Assembly (NCBI GenBank): GCA_039802265.1
Contig: JBDRWI010000047.1
Span: forward strand, 1-18,111
DNA: 18,111 nucleotides
Direction of reading: 5' to 3'
DNA from: a candidate division WOR-3 bacterium
GTDB lineage: Bacteria; Hydrothermota; Tepidihabitantia; SM23-42; JAOAFX01
A program made the position numbers and the translations under genes. The notes beneath the pieces are model-generated. The model saw only the letters and a program-made list of their open reading frames with translations, was not told the DNA's origin and did no database searches. Positions 7,498-15,131 of the stretch are shown in pieces (position 1 is the first letter of the stretch; each line of letters starts with the position of its first letter).

Positions 7498-8770
7498 GAC
7501 CGTCTTTCATAATATCTTTGGTGAGGGAATTGTCTTAGAAACACGGTGGGATGGTATTGAGGCCCGTGTCAAATTCCGCAGCGGGCTTTGCCTTTGGCTT
7601 CCAACAAAATGGTTAAAACCGCTAAAAATAGAGGACCGGGAGATTGACCGAATTTCGTCGCGGAGGCTCCTTGAGGCATTCAGAATGGGGATTGTCCCCC
7701 ATCAGGACATTGAATATTTTACCTTCGGTCGGAATTACGAGATTGATCTTTTTCAACAATCCCTTTCGCGGCTGAAGAGAGGTGAAGGGGGTGTCTTTCT
7801 GATTGAGGGCGATTATGGTTCTGGCAAGACCCACCTTGCTGAATATCTGCGCCATCTGGCATTGAAGCAGGGTTTCCCTACAGCCTATTGCGAACTGCAT
7901 ATTCAAGAGACTCCACCTTATCGCCCCAAAAAGATTTATCATGAACTTGTCTATAGCCTCCGTTATATTCAGAATGATTATGAATATAGCTTTCGCGATC
8001 TCTTAAGAAATGCAACGGAAATTGATATCACCGGACACTGTTTTTGGGCGCCGGTTTTAAAAAAGGTAAAGGCGATAAAAGAAGAGGATTTACAAGCCGA
8101 GGTCTTCTGGCAGTGGATTGAAGGCGAATCAACCAAGGAATATGCCATTGACCCACTTTCTCCATATCGCATCCGGGGTGGATATGAGATACCTGCCCTC
8201 TACGACTTTTCCACGGCCAGTGATTTTTATAATTATCTATTGAGTGGAATAAGTTATCTTGTCAATAAACTCGGTATGGGTGGCCTTGTTTTAGTGATTG
8301 ACGAATTTGAAGAGATTAATCATGTCTGGGATTATCGCCTCCGGGAAAAGGGCTTTGCATTCCTTGAAGGACTGGTCAGGATTTCTTTAAATGACGAAGA
8401 AATGAAGAAAATTGATAGTTCAATGCCGCACAATCAGGTGCGGCCGACGCCTTATGCCTATAAAGATACGCATATTCTATTGTTGCTCACAACAACCCCA
8501 ACTGAAGAGGGAGATGTGACAAGATTTATTCCCGACAGGATTTTCCTGAGAAAATTCACGCGTGCCGAGTTTGAGATAATCTTTGATAATCTTCGGCGGA
8601 TTTATAAGACTGCCTACCCGGGCTTTGAAATTGAGGAAAAAATATGTAATAATATATTAAATGCTGCATTGAAAAAGAATCCGCAGGAATTGAGGGAATT
8701 CATAAAATTCGTTGTAGAAGCCTTTGACTGGATGAGATTATGCTACATTCCCCCGGGAAAAGGCGGTTAA
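7478..8770 (+). CDS. BrxD/DUF2791-family P-loop ATPase (paralog 2) with N-terminal Tudor/SH3-like domain
   Basis: LEAFRMGIVP..IEYFTFGR; Walker A GDYGSGKTH; WQWIEGE; Walker B GLVLVIDEFE; N-terminal VFHNIFGEGIV..ARVKF. TTG start overlapping the upstream gene by 20 nt, with GAGGA just upstream. Confidence 0.85.
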   Translation: MNAKNFKTVFHNIFGEGIVLETRWDGIEARVKFRSGLCLWLPTKWLKPLKIEDREIDRISSRRLLEAFRMGIVPHQDIEYFTFGRNYEIDLFQQSLSRLKRGEGGVFLIEGDYGSGKTHLAEYLRHLALKQGFPTAYCELHIQETPPYRPKKIYHELVYSLRYIQNDYEYSFRDLLRNATEIDITGHCFWAPVLKKVKAIKEEDLQAEVFWQWIEGESTKEYAIDPLSPYRIRGGYEIPALYDFSTASDFYNYLLSGISYLVNKLGMGGLVLVIDEFEEINHVWDYRLREKGFAFLEGLVRISLNDEEMKKIDSSMPHNQVRPTPYAYKDTHILLLLTTTPTEEGDVTRFIPDRIFLRKFTRAEFEIIFDNLRRIYKTAYPGFEIEEKICNNILNAALKKNPQELREFIKFVVEAFDWMRLCYIPPGKGG

Positions 8771-8798
8771 ATAATCGGAATTGAGATTGTGCAATCCC

Positions 8799-8826
8799 TT
8801 GATTTTTTCATCTCTTTAAATATAAT
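8799..8826 (+). promoter_or_regulatory. Promoter TTGATT-N16-TATAAT for the VOC gene, apparently leaderless
   Basis: TTGATT 8799-8804, TATAAT 8821-8826, ATG at 8832 after 5 nt; no SD. Confidence 0.65.
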
Positions 8827-8831
8827 TTGAT

Positions 8832-9194
8832 ATGTCGGGAATAGTCTTTTTTAAGACCCGGGACCTAAATGGTATCGTAGAATTCTATGCTAAAAAAATA
8901 GGAATGGAAGAATGGCTGAGGCAAAGTGGTTGTGTTATCCTGAGACACGGAAATATGCTTTTGGGGTTCTGTCAGAGTGAGGAATTAGAAAATCAAGGCA
9001 TTATTACTTTTTTCTACCAAAATACAGACCAGGTTTATGAGATGTATAAAAGATTTAGACTTGAGGCACTCACCGAACCAACAGTGAATGAGAAATATAA
9101 TATCTACCATTTTTTTATCAAAGACCCCGAAGGCAGGATGGTTGAATTTCAGACATTTCTACAACCAATAACTGCTCCTGATTTAAAAATTTAA
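8832..9194 (+). CDS. VOC/glyoxalase-bleomycin resistance family protein
   Basis: 120 aa; TRDL..IVEFY..KIGM at the N-terminus and FFIKDPEGRMVEFQ at the C-terminus. Confidence 0.9.
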   Translation: MSGIVFFKTRDLNGIVEFYAKKIGMEEWLRQSGCVILRHGNMLLGFCQSEELENQGIITFFYQNTDQVYEMYKRFRLEALTEPTVNEKYNIYHFFIKDPEGRMVEFQTFLQPITAPDLKI

Positions 9195-9195
9195 T

Positions 9196-11208
9196 TTATT
9201 CCAGTATATATCCTAAAAGTCCCCGGCCGATTGCTACTTCCGGGATCTCTTTTATGTGGACCTTAAAGTCATAACGCCAATCGGTACCCAGCTGGGCAAA
9301 GGTAAATACCCCTTCCCAGCAATGCAGATTTCTTGTGAGGGATAGATTGTAGTCAACGATCTTTTTGTTTCTATAATCATAGCGGGCACTGTATGAAAAT
9401 GACCAGTTTGCAGTGGGTTTTATCTCACCACCAATCCAGATTTGATAGTCTCCACCCCTGGTATAACTCTGATTGATATTGAGTTTAAAATTTTCTACCT
9501 GGAGGCCGGTTCCGTGATTAATTGTGTAGGAGTAGTTTTTTGTATAAATATCGTAGTAACCGGACAGGCGGGTATCAAAATTGGTAATCGGTTTGGGAAA
9601 CGGATTTACCGGCAGGGTAAGTGAATAGCTGATTGGCGAGAGCGTATCATTTAATAGATTATAACCACTGCTCAAGGTAAACTGCAAAAAATTCTTTTTT
9701 TCTTTTTTTTCTTTAGTCTTTGCCTCAAACTCCTGAGTTAAACCAAAATTGAAACCATGTGCATGACTATAACTCGGTATTCCATAGACCACCGGAAATC
9801 TACCAAAGTTGAAATCGGGTGTGTAAAAATATGATACATTGGGTGTTATTTTATGAAGAATCCCGGAGATGCCAAAAATTTCAATGTCAAATACGCGATA
9901 GAGATTGGTACTGGCATTGGTACCAAATGAATAGCCAAAACGCATCGGAAACTGATTGCCAAGGGTATCCTTCTGGTATACGGCTAAATCCATGTCAAGA
10001 ATCGGGGAGATTGAGAAGATGTTCATTATATTCTGTTTAAAAGAGGGACTGGTATGGATATTCGCTCCCCCGGACTCCGTTCTTTCATTAGGTTTTAATA
10101 TTCGGTCGTAACTGATATGTCCTGAAAATGAATAATTTAAAAAGGAAAAAAGGACCTTGCTCGGTGTGGTTATTGCATAATAAGGGAGTTTTTCATAAGT
10201 TGTAGTATCTACAAAATCAACCTTCCTTTCTAAAATCAAACTATTTCGGATTTCCCCGAACTCTTTATTTAACGTTGCCTGGGACGTAATTTCTCGGTCG
10301 ACCCAGACAATCGCCGTTTCGGCAAAATCTGAGGCGTAGCTATTATCACTTAAATATCTTAAATCAAAATTCAAATTTGAACCAAGGAAAAATGAAGCCG
10401 AATTATTCCGTGCCTCAATACTGTATCTTTTGCGCCGGGTGTCAATTTCATCAATGTAAGAAAGATATAAAGTTCCCTTGGAATATGGATTATAGTCCCA
10501 GACTCCTTCAAGGTGGGGCATCACTCCCTTTTTTTCCATGGCATCAATCTGCAGGGTGATATCGGCGTAATCGTTGATTACATAATAGTAGGCGAATCCC
10601 CTTATGAATTTACCGTAAAGACGGGAATTGCCTGCCTTGAATGGTAAAAGTCCCGATTTTCTCTTTGATGAGATTGGAACAAACCAGAAAGGAGCGGCCA
10701 TTACCGGGATGTCATAGATATAAAGATAGATAGGCCGGGCGATTACCATATCATCAAGATAAACTTTCATCTTTGGAGAATAAAAATAATAATGGGGATG
10801 TGAGTCACTGCAGGTTGTATATTTGCCGTCATAGACATTTACGACCTTTTCTTTAACCCAGTATATGTCTCCTCCTTCAATATAACCTTTTTCAATTTGA
10901 GTCTTACCCTGAATCATCTTTGCCTTTTTTGTTTCTATATTATATCTAAGATAGTTGCCCTTGATTGAATCATCTATTTGACGAAGGTGACAGTTACCAA
11001 AGGCATCAAGTGTATTTTTATCGGTGTAGTAATAAGCACTATCAGAGAAGAGTTCAATATCTTTATAATTGATATATGCAGAATCCTTTAGAATTACAAT
11101 TGAACTATCAAGATTATAGATTATTTTTTTTGCTGAATATCTAACAATGTTGGCGGTATCCGGAGGTAGTGTATCATTAAGACAAACTACAAAATAGATT
11201 AAAAACAT
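9196..11208 (-). CDS. lptD: LPS-assembly protein LptD/OstA-like outer membrane protein
   Basis: N-terminal beta-jellyroll-like region (YSAKKIIY, SDSAYY), YTTC..PHY, PFWFVPISSKRKSGLLP, aromatic-rich amphipathic beta-strands, C-terminal RNLHCWE. Confidence 0.85.
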   Translation of the reverse strand: MFLIYFVVCLNDTLPPDTANIVRYSAKKIIYNLDSSIVILKDSAYINYKDIELFSDSAYYYTDKNTLDAFGNCHLRQIDDSIKGNYLRYNIETKKAKMIQGKTQIEKGYIEGGDIYWVKEKVVNVYDGKYTTCSDSHPHYYFYSPKMKVYLDDMVIARPIYLYIYDIPVMAAPFWFVPISSKRKSGLLPFKAGNSRLYGKFIRGFAYYYVINDYADITLQIDAMEKKGVMPHLEGVWDYNPYSKGTLYLSYIDEIDTRRKRYSIEARNNSASFFLGSNLNFDLRYLSDNSYASDFAETAIVWVDREITSQATLNKEFGEIRNSLILERKVDFVDTTTYEKLPYYAITTPSKVLFSFLNYSFSGHISYDRILKPNERTESGGANIHTSPSFKQNIMNIFSISPILDMDLAVYQKDTLGNQFPMRFGYSFGTNASTNLYRVFDIEIFGISGILHKITPNVSYFYTPDFNFGRFPVVYGIPSYSHAHGFNFGLTQEFEAKTKEKKEKKNFLQFTLSSGYNLLNDTLSPISYSLTLPVNPFPKPITNFDTRLSGYYDIYTKNYSYTINHGTGLQVENFKLNINQSYTRGGDYQIWIGGEIKPTANWSFSYSARYDYRNKKIVDYNLSLTRNLHCWEGVFTFAQLGTDWRYDFKVHIKEIPEVAIGRGLLGYILE

Positions 11209-11272
11209 TTTTAAAAATTATTTTAAAAAATCTTCTTGACGCAGTTAAACTCAAAATATCTCAAGATAAATA

Positions 11273-13063
11273 TCATTCTTTTAAAATTTCTTTATAACTG
11301 TCGAGAACCACCTTGTAGTATTTTAATGCCTTTTCTTCATCACCCAGGGCGCGATAGATATCTGCCAGGCCTTCATTTGCTGAAACGAGTGTCTCAAGTT
11401 CAGCCAGCTCATTTTTTCGGCGACATAATTCAAGGGTTTTATTATAATAGGCTATTGCTGATTCGTATCCCCCCTTCTTAAATGCCAAACGAGCCGATTT
11501 TAGATAGTATTCAATAGCCCTTTTATAATTTTCTGCCAACTCATAATGGAATGCTGCATATTCTTCGTAGCCTTCTAATCTGCGGTAATAATCGGCCAGT
11601 CTGGTATGTCTCGCCTGCTTATCGGGTATTAGATTATAAACTTCCTCATGTAATAGGGGTGAGGTGAAGATATAACCCTTGCTGGACTTTCTGAGGTAAT
11701 TTTTTTGCACCAATAACTCAAAGCCCTCAACCTGGCCCTCAGCCGGGAATTCCGCGAGGTTAATTTCCTCACCAAAGACAGCCAGACTAAAGAGAAAATT
11801 TTTGTTTTCCCCCAATAGCTCAACACGGCGCTTGATTATTGTCTTTATATCAGTAAACGGAAGGTGATAATCCATAATTGGAGTCTGCCCAGTGTATTGA
11901 TGATAGAGATAGCTGAGTTTTTCTTCGTTATAAAGGGCAAGATATTGATTGATGTGAAACAGGGAGGTTGGCGGAAAGTTAATTCGTTCACCGATATTCT
12001 GTTCAATATATTCTTCAATTTGACGTCGCTCGATACTGATCAGTTCAAATTCTTTCAGTCCAGAGATGTTTACCTGGGAATGCTGGGATGAAAAAATGAA
12101 CCAGACATTTTCATCAATCAATTTCTGGAGCAGGTTCTGAATGAATCGCTCGGAAGAGGAATCAACATTTTCAATATCTTCAAAAATTATCAGAATGCGT
12201 TTGGAAAAACTCATTCTTTTAATAATTTCCGCAATACTACTTGTAAACAGTTCCGTCCTCATTCTTATATCCATCTTTCTTAATATATTGTCCTCGTCGC
12301 CGATAGTGAGAAAATCAAGAACTGCAAGATAGGTGGTGCCAATATCTGCAATTCCGATTTCGTGTAATCTCTTTTCAATCTGTTTCTGCCTTTCTTCAAT
12401 ACTTGTCTTTTCGTCAATTTTAAAAATCTGGTTAACCAATTCGGTTATCGGTTTAAATGTAATATTAACGGGATAGCGGGGGCAATTGATTTTAAAGATT
12501 TCATATTCAGCCGACCACTTTTCAATAAGTTGCTCCAGGAAAAAGGTCTTTCCACTACCCGGTGGTCCGAAGATTAAGACACTTTTGGCTACACTTAATA
12601 AACTCCGGAGTGCATCCATGGTCATCGCTCGCGTGATCACGGTTCGCTCCAGTTTTGGTGAGGGGAAGGTTATCTTGCTCGATGGGGCATCTATCCGGTA
12701 TACTAAGATTTGTGTCTTCATACCTTCAACAGCAAGCATACCCAATGAGGTAATTTGATAATTTTCAATTACAGCCTGTTCTATATCCTGAGAAATCAGA
12801 ATTTCACCAAATTGGGCAATCTTTGCGAGCCCACGCGTAAGCCCGAGGTATTGCGAGATACCAAATCTTATTTCCTGAAAATTTTCTTTCAATTTAAATA
12901 AACAGTTTATAAAAAAGATGTCATTGTGCGATGCGATGATGAGATTTTTTTCCACCTGTTCTATACGCCCGCCAAAATTATTAAAGGTGTGAATGAGCGA
13001 ATTGAATTCACTCTCATTCAAGTCCCGGATAATTGCGCTGATATAATATTCCATATTCTTCAA
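11273..13063 (-). CDS. Degenerate class III nucleotidyl-cyclase-like domain + STAND/AAA_16-type ATPase + TPR protein
   Basis: Cyclase-fold remnants FGGRIEQ, IRFGIS, AQFGEILIS, LGMLAVEG..ILVYRI; Walker A GPPGSGKT; Walker B ILIIFEDIENVD; YIFTSPLLHEEVY; AFHYELA; TPRs. Start is TTG 13063 or ATG 13054. Confidence 0.78.
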   Translation of the reverse strand: MKNMEYYISAIIRDLNESEFNSLIHTFNNFGGRIEQVEKNLIIASHNDIFFINCLFKLKENFQEIRFGISQYLGLTRGLAKIAQFGEILISQDIEQAVIENYQITSLGMLAVEGMKTQILVYRIDAPSSKITFPSPKLERTVITRAMTMDALRSLLSVAKSVLIFGPPGSGKTFFLEQLIEKWSAEYEIFKINCPRYPVNITFKPITELVNQIFKIDEKTSIEERQKQIEKRLHEIGIADIGTTYLAVLDFLTIGDEDNILRKMDIRMRTELFTSSIAEIIKRMSFSKRILIIFEDIENVDSSSERFIQNLLQKLIDENVWFIFSSQHSQVNISGLKEFELISIERRQIEEYIEQNIGERINFPPTSLFHINQYLALYNEEKLSYLYHQYTGQTPIMDYHLPFTDIKTIIKRRVELLGENKNFLFSLAVFGEEINLAEFPAEGQVEGFELLVQKNYLRKSSKGYIFTSPLLHEEVYNLIPDKQARHTRLADYYRRLEGYEEYAAFHYELAENYKRAIEYYLKSARLAFKKGGYESAIAYYNKTLELCRRKNELAELETLVSANEGLADIYRALGDEEKALKYYKVVLDSYKEILKE

Positions 13064-13064
13064 T

Positions 13065-13448
13065 TCATAACTTAAAAGGATTTTTGATCAAATTTCTTAG
13101 AGAATGAAACTGAAATTCTTCTTTATTGTTCATGCTGACAATAACTAGTTCGGGTGCAAATTCACTCAATACCTGTAAGCAGGCGCCGCAGGGCAGGATA
13201 AATTCAATTTCTGGTGAATACAGGAGAAGAAGCAAAAAATTCCTTTCACCTTCGGATAGAGCCTTGAATAGTGCCACCCTTTCAGCGCACATAGAGAGTG
13301 AGTAGGAACTGTTTTCAATGTTTGAACCAGTATATATCTTTTCTCCCTTACAATATAGTCCGGCACCAACACGGATTTCTGAATAAGGGGCATAGGAGAA
13401 TTTTATTACCTCTTTTACCCTTTTTATTAATAACTTTGACAGCTTCAA
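13065..13448 (-). CDS. cdd: Cytidine deaminase (homotetrameric type)
   Basis: SYAPYS..VGA, GSNIENSSY, CAERVA, PCGACLQ zinc motifs; TTG start overlaps the deoB stop (TTGA). Confidence 0.95.
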   Translation of the reverse strand: MKLSKLLIKRVKEVIKFSYAPYSEIRVGAGLYCKGEKIYTGSNIENSSYSLSMCAERVALFKALSEGERNFLLLLLYSPEIEFILPCGACLQVLSEFAPELVIVSMNNKEEFQFHSLRNLIKNPFKL

Positions 13449-14617
13449 AATAATTCCCTCAAGAAGCTTACGCCGTTTTTTATACCATCTATCCTTAGAT
13501 ATTGTGCAATCGTCTGAGCAAGATCCGCAAAGGAATTGCGAACCAGTAAATTTTTGCCCGGGCTATTTGGGCGGTAACCAAGAATGGGGACATATTCTCT
13601 TGAATGGTCAGTTGATGGAGTCGTTGGGTCGTTACCGTGGTCGGCAGTGATAAATAGAAGGTCATTTTCTTTGATTTCAGCAATTATTCGGGCTATCGCG
13701 CCATCAATTTCTTTTAACCCATGGGCAAAGTTAGTTGTATCATTTCGGTGCCCCCAGTCCATATCAAACTGGACGAAATTTGCCACGATAAGGCCGCTTT
13801 TTAGTTCTTTTATCGCCTTTAATACAAATTCGGCGCATTCTTTATTGTTTACTGAGTGATATGACTTAGTAAAACCACGGTTGGCGAAGATATTATCAAC
13901 CTTTCCTATGACAATTACCTCGTAGCCTTCTTCCTTGGCACGGTCCAGCAGGGTTGGTTCAGGGGGTGGGAGTGAGTAGTCCCTTCGTTCAGGGGTACGA
14001 TAGAAGTCGGGATATTGACCGGCAAAGGGACGGGCAATCACCCGGGCAACGCTATGCTGGCCCTTTAAAATTTCGCGGGCAATCTCGCAAAATCTATATA
14101 GTTCGGAAAGGGGGAAGACATCCACATGACAGGCAATTTGAAAGACACTGTCGGCTGATGTATAGATAATTGGACTTCTTTTCTGAATATGTTCCTGTCC
14201 GAGTTTTTTTATGATCTCGGTTCCTGAGGCGGGAATATTGCCAATTGTCTTATGACCAATTCGCCGCTCAAATTCCTTCACTACTTCATCGGGAAATCCA
14301 TTGGGATATAGGGGAAAGGGTTTTTCTAATACTACTCCCATGAGTTCCCAGTGTCCGGTAGTGGAATCCTTGCCCGGAGACTTTTCTGCCATTTTCCCGA
14401 AACTGGCTATAGCTTCTTTTACCTGTCTTACTCCTTTTATAGAAATGATATTTCCCAATCCGAGTTGCTCAAGCGTAGGAAGATTCAAACCACCGACTGC
14501 GATTGCGAGATTGGCGAGTGTATTACTCCCCTGGTCATTGTAATTGGGTGCATCCGGTAACTCACCAACCCCTACACCATCAAGGATAAGGACAATTACC
14601 CTTTTTTCTTCCATCAA
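13445..14617 (-). CDS. deoB: Phosphopentomutase
   Basis: LDGVGVGELPDA, GKDSTTGHWE, YTSADSVFQIA, RVIARPF, GHRND, TADHGNDPT, DHSREYVP. Start is TTG 14617 or ATG 14614. Confidence 0.97.
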   Translation of the reverse strand: MMEEKRVIVLILDGVGVGELPDAPNYNDQGSNTLANLAIAVGGLNLPTLEQLGLGNIISIKGVRQVKEAIASFGKMAEKSPGKDSTTGHWELMGVVLEKPFPLYPNGFPDEVVKEFERRIGHKTIGNIPASGTEIIKKLGQEHIQKRSPIIYTSADSVFQIACHVDVFPLSELYRFCEIAREILKGQHSVARVIARPFAGQYPDFYRTPERRDYSLPPPEPTLLDRAKEEGYEVIVIGKVDNIFANRGFTKSYHSVNNKECAEFVLKAIKELKSGLIVANFVQFDMDWGHRNDTTNFAHGLKEIDGAIARIIAEIKENDLLFITADHGNDPTTPSTDHSREYVPILGYRPNSPGKNLLVRNSFADLAQTIAQYLRIDGIKNGVSFLRELF

Positions 14618-14623
14618 TGGTCT

Positions 14624-14651
14624 ATTATATACATAATTTTTTGTTTGTAAA
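14624..14651 (-). promoter_or_regulatory. deoB operon promoter TTTACA-N16-TATAAT (leaderless or nearly so)
   Basis: Minus strand TTTACA 14651-14646, TATAAT 14629-14624; TTG 6 nt and ATG 9 nt downstream; no SD. Confidence 0.65.
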
Positions 14652-14707
14652 GTGGGAGTGTGTGTTGACTATATAACTTCAGAAAATCTTGAAAATTTTT
14701 AGGGTGG

Positions 14708-14735
14708 CGGGGGTAAAGTTTAAACTCTACCCCCG
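14708..14735 (-). terminator. Strong hairpin just downstream of the Lrp/AsnC gene
   Basis: Minus-strand CGGGGGTAGAGTTTAAACTTTACCCCCG, 9 nt after the stop; the single + strand mismatch becomes a G-U pair on the minus strand. No clear U-tract. Confidence 0.55.
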
Positions 14736-14744
14736 GAATATTTG

Positions 14745-14984
14745 TTACTTACTTACATCAATCGCAATACAGGTGACGGTGCGTTGAATACCCTTGATAC
14801 CACGAATTTTTGAGACGATTGTCTGTTTTACTTCGCTTAGGTCTTTTCCTTCTACATAACAGATGACATCGTGTAATCCGGTAACGATATGGGCATTCTT
14901 GACTCCGCTAATTTTATTCAACGCCTCCACCACATCCGCTTCCTTGCCGGTGTCGGTATTAATTAAGAGATAAGCACCAACCAT
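14745..14984 (-). CDS. Stand-alone Lrp/AsnC ligand-binding (RAM) domain protein, no HTH
   Basis: 79 aa; AYLLIN..G....VVEAL..I.GV..AHIVTGLHDVI....IRGIKGIQRTVT; SD AAAGGAGG upstream. Confidence 0.9.
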   Translation of the reverse strand: MVGAYLLINTDTGKEADVVEALNKISGVKNAHIVTGLHDVICYVEGKDLSEVKQTIVSKIRGIKGIQRTVTCIAIDVSK

Positions 14985-15009
14985 TGCATGCCTCCTTTTT
15001 AATGAGTCT

Positions 15010-15037
15010 ATTATATCTATTTCGGGGGCATGGTCAA
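15010..15037 (-). promoter_or_regulatory. Promoter TTGACC-N16-TATAAT for the Lrp/AsnC gene
   Basis: Minus strand TTGACC 15037-15032, TATAAT 15015-15010; short leader with SD. Confidence 0.7.
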
Positions 15038-15072
15038 GTAAAAAGTTGTTTTGTGTTTTTAATTTTAGGGTA

Positions 15073-15100
15073 TTGACAATTGATGAATATTATGTAAAAT
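15073..15100 (+). promoter_or_regulatory. Promoter TTGACA-N16-TAAAAT for the TPR/outer-membrane gene
   Basis: TTGACA 15073-15078, TG-TAAAAT 15093-15100; SD-like AGGGGG before ATG 15132. Confidence 0.7.
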
Positions 15101-15131
15101 ATTCTACTATTAAAAGAAAAAGGGGGTAATT

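Noticed and set aside
5400..8770. Calling the operon a complete BREX or Shango system
   Set aside because: No pglZ, pglX, brxC, Lhr-like helicase or TerB-domain gene in the window.
8832..9194. VOC gene as a fourth member of the ATPase module
   Set aside because: It has its own promoter after a 61-nt gap; a link is possible but unsupported.
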